From positions 3,822,799 through 3,886,798 of the forward strand of contig CM119268.1 of the NCBI GenBank assembly GCA_051294375.1: a stretch of DNA of 64,000 nucleotides, given 5' to 3'. This DNA is from Paraspadella gotoi (taxonomy: Eukaryota > Animalia > Chaetognatha). Below are positions 24,250 to 38,576 of the stretch, piece by piece. The notes under the pieces are model-generated. The model was given only the letters and a program-made list of their open reading frames with translations, had not been told where the DNA came from and made no database searches. Each line of letters starts with the position of its first letter. Position 1 is the first letter of the stretch. The position numbers and the translations under genes are program-made.

Positions 24250-27200
24250 TTCAACATAAATATCATTTTTCTTTTCAAATATCAAGATTAATTCATTTTC
24301 AGCCCGGTCTAAATAACTATCAATGCTTTTCTTTTAAATATCATTAATTGTTCTTCTATATATGGCCTTCTTGTCAGCAAATCCTGGTTTTTATAACTAA
24401 TCATCCTTTCCCACACGCCTACTTAAATATAACATGAATTTATCGCCTCCGCGCTTTCCTTCTTAACATATCATCCTTTTTTACAATATCATTTTAGTTT
24501 TAAATATCATCAGTTTTTTAAATATCAGTAACTCCCCTTAAATCGGTTTCCTACTTTAAATATCACTTTTCCAAATAACTAATCATCGGCATGTTTTACT
24601 TACACTCATGCATCACTTTTAAATCAATCATCAACTCCTAAATCGCGCTTTCTTTTACTTTAAATATCATCTTTTTTTTAAATATCATTTCATTTCCCAA
24701 ATAACTATCATCCATGTTTACTTTTTTAAAGTATCACATTTAATTATCATCAAGCTAATAAACGACCCGCTTTCCTTCTTAAAATATCATTTCCCAAAGA
24801 ACTATCATCGCGTTTATTACTTTTAACTAATCATCCTATTCTTTTAAAATACGATCATCAACTCACACCTTAATCGCGCTTTTCCCTTTCTAAATAGCAT
24901 CTTTTTTTAAATATCATTGTTAACTTTTTAAATAATCATCATTTTTATAATATCAGTAACTACCGTAAATCGCCCCGCTTTCCTTTTAAATATCATTTTT
25001 CCAAACTAACTATCATCGGTGTTTAACTTTTAACTTATCTATTCACTTTTATACAATATCATTCAACTCTAAATCGGCCTTTAAATATCATCTTTTTTTT
25101 TAAATAACATTTCTCAAAATAACTATCTTCCGTGTATTACTTTTTAAATATCATCATTTTTAATATATCAATCACAGTAATAAATCGGCTTTCCTTTCTA
25201 AATATCATTTATTACAAATAACTATCATCGCGTTTTACTTTAACTATCATCACTTCTTAAATATCATCAACTCGAATTACACCCTAAATCGGTTTCACTA
25301 TAAATATCATTTTATTTTTAAATATCATTACTACAATAACTATTATCCGTGTTTTACTTGTCAAAAAAAATCGATCATTTTTTAAATATCAATCAATAAT
25401 TAAACCTGTATTCCTTCTTAAATATCATTTCTCCAAATAACTTATCATCCGTGTTTACTTTTAAATATCATCATTCTTTTACACAATAATCAGTCAACAA
25501 TAAACCTGTCTTCCTCTTTAAATATCATTTCTCCAAATAACTATCATCCCTGCTACTTTTAAATCATCCATCATTTTAAATATCAAAGTAACCACTAAAT
25601 CGCGTTTCCTTCTTAAATATCGTATTTCCAAATAACTATCATCGGCTCCTTACTATTTAACTATCTATCCCTTTTAAAATATCATCAACTGCCTAAATCG
25701 CGTTTCCTATTAAATTATCATCTTTTTCATTAAATAGTCATTTCTAACAAATAACAATCATCTGCCTGTTTACTTTTAATATCAATCATTTTTTAAATAT
25801 CAGTCAACTCAATAAATCGGGTTTCCTATTAAATATACATTCGCCAAATAACTATCATCCATGCTACTTTTAACATATCAATCCTTTTTATAAATATCAT
25901 CAACTTAATAAATCGCGCTTTCCTTTATTTAAGTTATCATTTGTTTTTTTTAAATATCATTCATTTACTTTTAGAATATCATCATTAAATATCATACTAC
26001 TAAATCGGATTCGCTGTTTAAATTATCGATTTTTCAAATACTATCATCGGTTTTTACTTTTAACTATCATCCTTTTTTAAATACATCAATCCTTAAATCG
26101 GATATCCTATTTAAATATCATCTTATTTTAAATATAATCATTTTACTTAAATATCATCATTTACAATATCAGTAACTACTAGCATAACTACTAAATCGGT
26201 TCTCGTTTAAATATCATTTTTCCAAATAACTCATCATCGGTGTTTACATTATCACTCATCATTCACTTTATTTAAATATCAATCAACTTCCTAAATACGG
26301 TTTCCTTTATAAATATCATCTTTTTTTTTACAATATCATTTCTCCAAATAACTATCATCCAAGTGTTTTACTTACAATATCAAATTTTTTAAATTATCAT
26401 CAAGAAAAAAAAAAAAAAAACTAATAAATCACGGGTTTTCCTTTATAAAATATCATTCCAAATAACTCATCATCGGTTTCTTTCACTTATTACACGTATC
26501 ATCCCATCTTTTAAATTATCTATCAAACTCTAAATCGCGCTTCCCTATTTAAATATCATTCTATTTTTAAATATCATTTTACTTTTAAATATCCATCATG
26601 TTTAAATATCAGTAACTCCAATCGGTTCCTTTAAATATCCATTTCCAGAAAATAACTAATCGGGTTTTACTTTTCTAACTATAATTCCACTTTATTAAAT
26701 ATCATCAACTCCTAAATCAGCCGCTATTCCTTTTAAATATCATCTTTTTTATAAATAACATTTCTCAAATAACTATCATCCAGCTGTTTTTTACTTTCTT
26801 ATATCAACATTTTATAATATCACAAGTAATAAATCGAGTTATCCTTTTAAATATCATTTTTATAATCAAATAACTATCATCGCCCTGTATAGCGCTCTTT
26901 TACTTTTTAACTATCATCAATTCATAAATATCATCAACCCTAAAATCGGCTTTTCACTTTATAATATCATACTTTTTTAAATATCATTTCTACAAATAAC
27001 TATCATCCGCTGCTTCTTACTTTTACAATATCCCGTCATTTTTATAAATATCATCAAACTAATAAATCTGTTTCCAAAACGAACCTTTAAAGTATCATTT
27101 CCTCCCAAACTAAAACTATCATCCGTGCTTTTACTTTTAAATATCATCATTAAAATATCATCAACTAATAAATCTGTTTCCTTTAATATCATTCTTCCAA

Positions 27201-28030
27201 ATAGACTATCAAATCCGCTGTTTATAACTTTAAATATCTATCAATTTTAAATATCAGTAACTTACATAAATCGCTTTCCTTTTTAAATATCATTTTCCAA
27301 CATAACTATCATCGGTTTCTTTACTTATTAACTATCACATTATTTTAAATCATCATCAACTCAATAAATCGCCGTTTCCTTACAATTATCATCTTATTTT
27401 CTTTTATAATATCATTACTAAATATCAATCATTTTACAATACATCCAGCAGGTAACTACATAAATCGGTTTTCCTTACTTAAAATATCGTTTTTACCAAA
27501 TAACTATCATCGCGTTTTTACTTTAACTATCATCACTTTATTAAATATCATCAAACTCCTAAATCGTTTCCTTATTAAATATTCATCCTTTTTATTTTAA
27601 TAATAATCATTGGCTACAAACTAACAATCATCCGGTGCTATTACTATTTAAATAATCATCATTTTTAAATAATTCATTCAAACTAATAAATCGCGTTTCC
27701 TTTATAACATATCAATTTCTCCAAATAACTATCATCAATCCGACGGGTTTCCTTTTAAATATTCATTTCTCCAAAATAACTATTCATCCCATGTATTTAC
27801 CGCAGTCAGCTATCCCACTAGCTGCCTCCACGCAATCATGCATTTTTTCATAAATATCTCACGTCCATAACTACTTAAATTCGGTTCCTTTATAAATATT
27901 CGCTTTTTCCAAAATAACTATCATTCGTTTTTACTCTTTAACTATTTCATCCTTTAAAATATCATCAACTCCTAAATCGGTTCCTTTGTTGTAATAATAT
28001 CATCCTTTTAGAATATCATTACTAAATCAC
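24250..28030. repeat. AT-rich satellite, ~100-bp monomer, about 35 copies
   Basis: Recurring TAAATCG(C)GTTTCC...AAATATCATTT...CCAAATAACTATCATC...TTACTTTTAA at 90-120 bp spacing, with many indels. Confidence 0.9.
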
Positions 28031-31000
28031 ATTCACAATACAACTGATGTAGTACTCTTTCCACGGTGGAAGAGCATTAATCCTAAACAATAACGTAAAA
28101 TTTCTTCTGTATCGCGGTTTCCTATAAATGATTTGGCAAAATATAACATTGTCTCTTTTCCCAGATTTGAGACTACCCATTATTCACTTGTTCATTAAAT
28201 CCTAATGCATTACTTCACTTGGTTCGAATCTTGAATATTCAATTCAAATATCGTTTTTTAAATTCTTATTAATGATAATCCTTTCTTTTCGTTGAGTTTT
28301 GATGTTTACTGTATACATACAAGTTAGTTGTTAACATCAAAACGATTTCTCTTATTATCTAATCACTTACATTAATATCATCCAGTAAAACCCTTAAATC
28401 ACTTCCTAATACCCACTTATCTCATAACCCTATATCTACAATCTTGAATCTCTAATTACCACTTATCCTTAATTCTTTAATACTAACCCTCTAACTTTTA
28501 AAATAATCTCTAAGACCCGTACACTTCCTTTTACCTCTTATAATTACAAACCAAAATTCTCTAATTCTTAATCCAAGTGATTTCATTATCATCGGCGATA
28601 TTAATTTTCTACACGGCGTCGAAGTTTAAACACTGTTAACGGTTAAAAAAATCGGTATTAGATGACAGCTTATTTGATAATATAAATGAAAAAAACGAAA
28701 GGGTATAAAAAAAAAAAAACTTATCTCAATACATATGATGTACTAATAAAGTAAAGGAAGACACTGATATAAAAAAAAACAAGATATATATAAAAAAAAT
28801 ATCTAAATAAAAAATGTTAAAGTTTTGAAGCATTAAAAGATAAAATTTCCTTTTGCACTTTCTCTAGCGATAACAAATTCATCTTCTGGTACACTGACGT
28901 AAATAGATTAGTGTTAGAATATATTTTTTCAAATGTGGTTGACTTTTAATACTCACTCAGTTAATTCAATAAAAAAATAAATCAATCACATAAATTTAAA
29001 AACTTTCATAAAGAAGACTTTAGTGTCGATCACTTGACTTGTACTAATCTCAAGGCTCCACCTAAAAAATTAATAAGAGGATCGAGTACGGTTTCTGCGT
29101 TCTATAAAAAATTATTATTTTAATGAAAAATATTTCACGTGATTGCCTAAAACACACATAGACACTTAATTACTTGACCAGTCAAAATGTAACTTATCAC
29201 TCAAATAGTAATTGGTTTTGGCATGGCCAATACAGAATATAATAAAATTGAAATAAGTTAGTATATATTCACGTCTACGTGCATATCAGGTGTTCAAGTA
29301 ATGAATGAAACTGTTTAGAGATGAAGACGGGAATCATCACGGGGGTGTGGGTGTGAAAGTGGGGGGGGGGGGGGGGGGGAGTGGGGAGTGCGAGGGGGGA
29401 GCGTGGGGGAGGAGTAGAATCTTTTGCTATTTGCAAACTTGTATTTTATATTATCAAAATGTCCATCAAGCAAATCTCTGATCACAAATGTATAGACTAT
29501 AATGTACTTCTGCACTGAACAAATCACAGAGCGTTTTATTTAATATATTCTTATACCGGCACACTATGGTAGAATCGATGGACAATATTGTTAATATTTA
29601 TAAGTCTTTCAAAAAAATCTATCCATATAAATAATAGAACATATATTAACAAAATCTTCGAGTGCACAAATCACACCCTCGCTTTGGAAGATTTTCGCCA
29701 TAGTAGATTTTTCACAGATATCTGACTATCCCGGTCCTGAAATAAGATACATCCATATAGAGATATTACGATCGTTAGCTCCCTATTTTTACATATATTA
29801 CTTAAATATAAAACTTTTACCAAATGGACTAAGTTCACTCTTCCCTATTGTGCACTCGTCTTATTAATATCTATAAATACTCAATAACTAAGAATACAAA
29901 GAAAATTTTGAGAAGCCCTCTCGCCAATATGAGCTCATATACGCGATTCTCTGAATTTGAAGTTTATTGGAAAATCCAACATATGTTAAAATGCCGTATC
30001 TGAACACTGCGTGTATATTTATAAAAATTGCTATCAAAAAAATATTTTCCTGAGTCGACCAGTCCATTTGTTACACTCGATTGGTTTCATGTCAAATATG
30101 ATTGGTTATTTGTCAAGAGCAAAAAAAAATGCGAAGCCCTTCAGATGCAACAGATCGCGAATCGAGTGTTTTTACATCTTTTTTAACCTGAATTTTTCCT
30201 CAGGGGCTAACTGTGACATTATTTCAGTTCAGTCATATTTTAACGATATAAATTCTCTCCAATATGAAATAGTCTTCCTCGATTTCTACAAGAAAGACTC
30301 CGTAGACTCCCTATGTATAAAAGATCTCTCAGCAAGGTCTAGGACGGCGTATGCTACTTTTCGCTAAGTCAATTAAAAACGACATAAAAGATGATCAGGA
30401 GTCATCGCATATAATTACGACTCTAGATTGAAAAAAAAATAATCATAATGACCTAAAGAGCCCGACGAAATAACTAGTTATAAATTAATCTCTGCATGTG
30501 CTCCTACGTGAAGTCTAGTTAACAGTGAGTACTTCAAACACACAGTCACAAAATCTGTATCTTGCTTGCTTAATATACAATCTCCGCTTTTTGTGTCACT
30601 TCTATTGTCGTCTCGATCTCACCGTTCGCAACTCTTCCTAGCCATCGATCAAATATCATTGCGTTTTACTGTCAATACCCGATCCCTGAGACGAGATATA
30701 TATATATATATATATTGCCGATAACCCCAGCAAGCCAGTAAACTTTTATTGTTGTAAAAGTAGCGTCGGGAAAAATGACCCCTCTACAATCTACACACTA
30801 ACCGAGATAACTCCCCTAATATCTATTCCTCTAAACTTACCTTATAACCCTACCGATACTATCTATAACATATTAATCCATCATTCAATTATCGTTTACA
30901 AATAATTTCGTGTTCACAAATATTCACTCTGTTCCAAATTATTGTCTGTCGTCGTAGTTTGTCCCTTGAGTCTCCTGTACTTTTGAAAATCTTTTTTAAA

Positions 31001-32221
31001 AAAGTGGGCCATCCAGTCACCAAAGAGAGCGAGAGAGATTCGCTGCTCCGGTCATACGGTGCAAGGGGTCATCGATGTTTGAAAAGGCTCAAATTTTGTA
31101 TACCATTTTTCACAAAAAGAACCTTGTTAATCAAGAATCGAAACATGTAAATGTTTCTATAAAATTTAAAATCGTTGTTGAAATAAAATTTCAATCAATT
31201 ACCTATTTCTCTTAAATTATAAACTCATATTTTATATTTTTAAAAAAGTGCAGTCTGATTTACGAGAAACTTCATCTTTGTTTAAGGCCAGGGATCACTC
31301 AACCTATAAAATTGTAGACATCTTATTTACTGTAATCTTAATCATTTTCTTACTCTTGTAAGAGATCTATTCTCATATTAAAATACTATCGAAAACTTTT
31401 AAAAATCTACCCAAAATGTTCATAATTAAAAAATTTCAACAAAGATTTTTTTTCGGTTAAAACTATAGATTTTCAAGAGCAATTAAAATATTTTAACTGT
31501 AAGCTAAATTTCTAAAACCAAATTTTAAATAAAACTGATCTATACATAGTCAATAGTTCTTCATATTTTCTACTTCTTATATTTATTTCTTCTTTTTGTG
31601 ATACACTAAGATTTACACCATAACTTGGTGCTTACGTCTAGTGAATCNNNNNNNNNNNNNNNNNNNNNNNNNTTAGGTTTAGAGTTAAAGATTAGGTTAG
31701 GGTTAAGAATTAGAGTAAGCACTAAGGGTTACGAATTGGGTTCTAAATTTGGTAATAGATTAGAGTTAATTATTAGGGTAAAAACGTGAATATTAGGACG
31801 TAAGACGCTTAAGGGGCGTAAGAAGCACTCGGGACCGTTTCCAAGCCTCGTTCCTGCTCTATGTCACCATGAGGGGTTAACGGATGTCATCTGTAACTCT
31901 CTCGTCCCACCTGTAACTACTGGTGGACACAATGCTCCGTCATCCCTCACGCCGTGGACTACGAAGATTGAAAGACTTATTTCCTTCGGCGTACACCCGC
32001 TCCTCAGTCAGCTCAATAGGTGGAGAAGACAAAACATTTATTTATTCATTTTTTATCTATTTAATTTTTTTTATTAGCATTATGATTCAATCTATCTTTT
32101 GTCCTTTATATTTACATGTCGTCCTGGGATGAAGTTTGAAATTGTCATGGGTAATTGTATTTCGTTCGTTAATTATTTTCTCGAAACTCAAAGACGTTGG
32201 ATTGGGATAACCAGGGCGTAT

Positions 32222-32268
<47 letters not shown>

Positions 32269-33155
32269 TGTTTTTAGCGAAAAAATGAAAAAGTCAGTCA
32301 GCGTGAAATTGCGCGACGCTTCTTGAGAAAAAGTTTAGCGACGAAAATAAAAATGAAATAAAAAGTTTATAAAAAAAGTAAGAAAAAAAACGAGAGGCCA
32401 TAAAACGAGGGGGCGGTAAAAGGGGAGGGTGGTAGAGGAGAAGGAGGAGGAGGAGAAAAAAGAGAAAAAAATGGTAATTTTAAATAATAATAATAAGTTT
32501 AGGAAAAAAAGATTAAAAAAGTAAAGAAAATTACAGCAAAATACTGCAAGTTGCCAGTGGTAAATCTTTCTTTCAATATGAAACCTCTCTCTCTCTCTCT
32601 CATCTCATTCCTCTTCTCGCTTTTCGCGCTACGCTTCGCTCTCCGCTCTCTCTCAACTATCTACTTTATTTTTAAACTAACCATAAGCAATACGAATTAA
32701 CAACTAAATTAAATCACTAATTAGTACCGTTATTTTAACCAACTTTCTTAAAGTAATTATTTTTTCTGTCCAACTTTAAGCTAATTTTTTTTTTCAGGAA
32801 GGAAACAAGAAAATAATTGGAAAGAGAAAAGTTGCGCCAGAAATTGCGGCAGACTTTTTTTTTTTTTGGCAGTAACGTCATTACCCAAATTCGCGGACGG
32901 GTGTCACCGCTGAATAAATAACAAATAAATTTCCTTCTCGTTTTTTTACTCTTCTCCTCGCTCTTCTGCCTGCTCCTCTCCTCCCCTTCTTCCTCCTCCT
33001 TCACACTACTCAGTTTTCGAAGACGCAATTTTTTTCCTTTTTTGTCGTCGTCGTCTATCATCGTCGTCGTCGTCGTCTTCATCGTCGTTACCTTATCATC
33101 CTCGGTTATCTACGCTCAGCTTTCATCACCGTCACGTTGCTCTCTCTCTCTCTCT

Positions 33156-33222
<67 letters not shown>

Positions 33223-33370
33223 ACCCTTTCACACAACCCAACGAAGATGACTGATTGGGACGCGAGAAAATCCGCTTCCAATTTGCATAACACGATCCGA
33301 ACGTAATTCCAAGGAGCCTCTTCTCTCATTTTTCTTCATTTTTTCATTTCCTCGGGCGACGAGTAAAGGG

Positions 33371-33447
<77 letters not shown>

Positions 33448-35134
33448 AACAAAGAAGGAGATAAGTGGGATGAGCATCGTTTCTAACACTCATTGTAATT
33501 TATATCAAATTTGGTAAGCTGTCTCGATAGAAAATTACAAAACATTATTACCTGCATATTTCATCATATTCGACAATCCGTTCAAAGATCTCGCCAAAGC
33601 AAATGCAAAATCGCTTTTCAAACCGATCAACTTTCCTTTAAAAATCGAGCTCGGTTTATGATCACAACAAAGATTAGTATATGCCGTAGTTACTAAGCTT
33701 TAAGAACGGCGCCACAAGTGAAGATCCTGGGCCCTGGAATTTTTCAGAAAATCCGTCAGTTAAAAATATTTTGTTTATTATATAGTATTACAACTTATAA
33801 AATATTTTAAAAAAAATTAATTTGCAATATTAAAAAAAATTAAAACATAATTTTTTATAATTTTAATATAATAAAATAAAATTATTTTAATAATAAAATA
33901 TATAGTTATTATCAGATATATTAATAATAATAAATAATATAATTAAAATAATAATTGATAATTAAAAAAATAAAATTAAGCAAAATAAAATATTATATTT
34001 TTATTTATTATTATTATTTTATTATTATTATTATTATTATATCTATTAATTATTATTATTATTATTATTATCTTATTATTATTATCTCATTCATATATTT
34101 TTAAATAAAAAATAATTTTTTTGGATTTATATATTTTAATATGATTTTATATTTATTTAAAATTAAAATTTATAATTTAATCTTAATTTTTTTAATATAC
34201 CATAATAAAAAAAATTAATTAACTTTTATTGTAAAATATATTTTTTTTATATATATATTTTTTTTTAATATATAGTACTACCTTTCTAGTATAATAAAAA
34301 AATTTATTTTATATACTATTAATTTATTTACTATAAATTTTTATATTATTATAGTAATAATTATAAAAATGTTAAAAAAATTTCATTTTCTCTAGCATTT
34401 TTGAACCTCATCAAGCAATCACTGTGCGACGATTCTTTGTTTTTAATAAGTTTTTAGTGGACTCTCTGCTTCTTTAAATTTTGTATTAATATTAGAGAAA
34501 ACTGCTTATGAATAAGCCCGCGCTCTACCTGATTTGTAATAGTAAAATCATAGCAGCTTTCTGTCAATTGTGATCAAAATTGAAAAAAAATGAAGGCTTG
34601 ATATGCAGTTTTCACCTAAAAACCAGTTTCATTTTGATTGCTTTATCAGGCAATTAAGAATTGCCAAGAATTTTTAATTTTGCTTTTTTCATCATGTAGC
34701 AAAGACAATAAGGTCTTCGGAAAACTGTTACTAATATATATGATTTGGTCTTTTTTACTCAAAGCCAGGAGTTTTTCTTAGAATTAGGGAAAGAACGGCC
34801 TGACCATTGTCCAATTTAAATTACCTGATTTTTGGGCATGATAAAATGGGAATTTCGGAATCTGCGCATCTACCTCCATATGCTTCCCAAGACGCCAAGC
34901 TTTCGAAATCTGCTCCATATTGACATAATTTGTTTTGGCCTTGACTATGCAGATTTTTGAATAGCAAGTGAAATATAAGGAATCTTGATCGGAGCTCGAT
35001 TCGAACGATGCCTCATTATCTAGATAAAGAATTCATTAAAGAAAATAACAAAAAGAAAAAAGATAAAAAAAAGAAGTAAAAAAAAAGAGAGAAAGAGTAA
35101 GAAATAACGATGAAGAAAAACGGAAAGAGAGAGA

Positions 35135-35171
<37 letters not shown>

Positions 35172-36039
35172 AAGAGAGAGTAGAGAGAGAGAGAGAGAGA
35201 GACTTGTGTTTAATTTCCCATCGTGGACTCAAAAGTTTTCTTGTCGTTAGTTTCTTTTTATTGATTTTTAAAGAGAAAAATAAGAAATAAATGAAGTTTT
35301 TTTTTTCTCTCCTAAAAACAGATTTTAACATAACATTTTTTGATTTATTCTCGCTATTTTTCCTCTCGCATTTCTTTTTAAATTCAAAAAACTCACACAA
35401 GTCACGCACACTCACACACACACACACAACACACACAACACACTATTCAACCAACACACAAACTACAGAGTAAACAGACTTTATGTTTCTCTCTTTTTCC
35501 TTTTATGCTCCTGCTCTCTTCTCCTCTTCTCCATACCATAATATATTTTCTCCCTCTTCTTCCCTCCCTCTATCTCTATCTTCTCCTCCCTGCTCCGCCT
35601 CTTCACAAGCCTCGTCTTCTCCTCTCTCTCTCCTCACTCCCTCCCCCTCTCCACCTCTCACGCCTCTTTCCCCCCCTCTCTCTTCCCTACCTCTCCCTCT
35701 TCCTCTCCTCTCACCTATCTCCTCTTCTTCCCTCTCTTCCCTCCTCCACTCCCCTTCCTCTCCCTTCTCATCCCTCCCTCTCTCTCTCCCTCCTCTCCTC
35801 TCCTCCTCTCCTCACTCTCACGGCTCTCTACTCCTCTCTCTCTCCTCCTCCCGTTCTCTCCTCGTCTCCCCCCTCCTCCTCTCCTCTCAACCTCTCCTTC
35901 CCCTCTTCCTCCCTCTTCCCTCCTGTTTTCTTCCCCCTTCGAGATTAAGCCGAGGTTCGTGGCTCAACAGGTTAGGAGAAAATTCGTTTGGCATTTCTCA
36001 TCATTCTCGTCGTTTTTCGGTTTTAGCTTCCGTCTTCTT

Positions 36040-36375
36040 TTCCTCCGCTTCTGCCATCTCTTTTCCGCTTCCGCCTTTTCTTCACCCGCTTCCACCATCT
36101 CTTCTTCCGCTTCTGACATCACTTTTCCGCTTCTGCCATCTCTTCCTCCGCTTCTGCCATCTCTTTTCCGCTTCTGCCTTTTCTTCACCCGCTTCCGCCA
36201 TATCTCCCTTCGATTTTTCCATCCCTTTTCTGCTTCTGCCATTTTTTCCTCCGCTTCTGCCATCTCTTTTCCGCTTCCATATTTTCTTCACACGCTTCCG
36301 CCATCTCTTCCTCAGATTTTGCCATCCCTTTCCCGCTTCTGCCATATCTTCCTCCGCTTCTGCCAACTCCGCCTT
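36040..36375. repeat. ~20-21-bp minisatellite (TTCCGCTTCTGCCATCTCTT)
   Basis: About 16 degenerate tandem copies. Confidence 0.85.
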
Positions 36376-36744
36376 TTCTACACTCTACATTAAATACAGT
36401 TCTGTAGAGTCGCCACAGTTCCTTCATATATTTACATTCATCACTTGTTGATTGATAAAAGATTATTGTAAGACAAATATTGCCTCGTCCATTTGATAAT
36501 TTATTTCCTTCAATAATGAATGGATCCATCCATCTAATTAATTAGTTTATTCTTAAATTTGTTTATTCTTTCATTTTACTTTTACATTCTTTTTCCATCA
36601 CCCGTCGCCATTTCTTTCAGTTTTTCCATTTTTTTCCATTTTTTATTCCATTTCCAGTATTTCACTCGCTCCTTCTCCCCGATCCGATTTACTTCATCAT
36701 CAGCCACAAATTTTATGTTCGCCTTCGGATCATCCTCTTTCGTT

Positions 36745-36965
36745 CCCTCCTCATTCATTCACTCCTCTTTCGTTCACTCCTCTTTCGTTCACTCCTTTTT
36801 TGTTCACTCCTCTTATGTTCACTCCTCTTTCGTTCATTCCATTTTCATTCATTTTCATTCATTCACTCCTCTTTCGTTCACTCCTCTTTCGTTCCCACCT
36901 CATTCGTTCACTCCTTTTTCCTTCACTCCTCTTTCCCTACTTACACTCTCTCTTCGTTCACCCCT
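36745..36965. repeat. 15-bp minisatellite (TTCACTCCTCTTTCG)
   Basis: Tandem copies, repeated in noisier form at about 39250-39480. Confidence 0.8.
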
Positions 36966-37080
36966 CTCTTTTCTCTCTCTCTCCCTCCTCCCTCTCTCTC
37001 GCTCTTCCTCTCTCTCTCTCTCCCTGCAAGCGAGTGCGTGGTGTCATGAAGTGATAAAGCGATGAGCACGCCTGATCATA

Positions 37081-38159
37081 GTTGATTGATTATTTATGGT
37101 AGTTAAATTGTTAAAAGGTAAAGATTAAGCAATTATATCCAAATAATCTAGCTTATAAAGATTGAATGGTTAAGTTTGTTGAGGAAAGTTTAAAATGATT
37201 TTTTTTACAAGATTTATGTTTGTTTCTAAATCAGCACAATTTGGCCTCAAAAGTAGTAAATTCGGATTTAAAGGAGCAGCGAGTGAAGTGTCTGTGTTCG
37301 AGCGGAGCAAATGGTGGGTTTCGAGGAGGCGGAGCAGAGGGAGGGTGGCGTGCATCGCTGTAGTGATCGTTTTTTTTTTAACGTTGGTTTTTAAAGGATT
37401 CACGTGGGTGAAGGTTAGTTGTAGCTTGTTGTCGTTGTAGTAGTGGAGGTCACGAAGAGGTCGTGCGTCGTGGTGCAAAGAACGAGTGAAAGAAGGAGAA
37501 GGAGAAGAGGAGGAAGGGGGAGAAGAAAAGAGGAGGGAGGGAGAAGAGAAGAAAGGGAGCGAGGCAGAAGGGAGGAAGGAGAAGGGAGAAAGAAGGGGAG
37601 GAAGAGTGGGAGAAGAGGAGGAAAGGAGAGGAGAAAGGAAAGGGAGAAAGAGAGGGAGAGAAGAGGAGGAAGGAGGAGAAAGGAAGGGAGAAAGAAGGGA
37701 GAAGAAGAGGGGAGGAAGGGAGGAGGGCAGGAAGAGGGAGAAATAATTAGGGGAGGAAGGGAGGAGAAGAAGAAGGAGAGGAGGGAAGGCGGGAAAAAAG
37801 ATGAGGGATGGAAGGTGGACAAAACAGGCGAGGAGGAGGAAGGAGAGAAGAAATAGAGGGAGAAAGAGGGGAAAAGGAGGAAGGGAGGGGAATGGAGATA
37901 AAAGGAAGAGAGGAAGAGGGACAAGAGAGGGAGGATGGGAAAGGAGGAACTGAAGGTGAACCAACTAATTCGTTTAATTATGCAGTTAACATTGTAGAAT
38001 GATAACGGACGGACGATAATAGCACGGCACGAATAATAGCCCGAACGACGAGAGAATTGTGCGAAGGAGTCCATGAGGTGCGACGCAGAGACATTCCATC
38101 GTTTCGTCGCTGAATGGAATTTTGTCTACGTTTTGAAGAGAAGAGAGGAGAGAGGAGAG

Positions 38160-38192
<33 letters not shown>

Positions 38193-38365
38193 AATTTTCG
38201 TCGTTAAACCCAATAGAAAATTGCGAACAAATAGTTTATTATTCTGTTCGAGGAATATGATAAAAATGAAATCAATATTTATAATAATGATGCAGGACCT
38301 TTTTGAAGAAATTTTTCCTGCGCGTCTCTGCGCGGCTCTCTCTGCCGTCTCTCTCTGCTCTGACG

Positions 38366-38396
<31 letters not shown>

Positions 38397-38523
38397 AACA
38401 TTTCATCTCGCCAACAAGGCTCTAAAACTAGTGTAATCGCTTTCGTATCCTCTGTAGACGAGAAAAAAACTAGAAGAAAGCAGCGACTTTGCAAGCAAAC
38501 CGAAAGACGAGCCAGCGGGGAGA

Positions 38524-38576
<53 letters not shown>

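Noticed and set aside
24250-28030. CRISPR-like repeat-spacer array
   Set aside because: Eukaryotic context, the whole unit is repeated with no unique spacers, and there are no cas genes.
31985-32010. Hammerhead-like CTGAGGA-GCG...CGC-CGAAG on the minus strand
   Set aside because: Lacks the invariant GAAA and has an extra base after stem II.
34390-34990. Possible hAT transposase C-terminal remnant (minus strand, QVERGL...QNLK)
   Set aside because: A single weak motif among stop codons. It cannot be supported without a profile search.
35964-36529. EEMAEAE coiled-coil-like ORFs
   Set aside because: Translation of a 20-21-bp minisatellite with shifting frames and no splice support.
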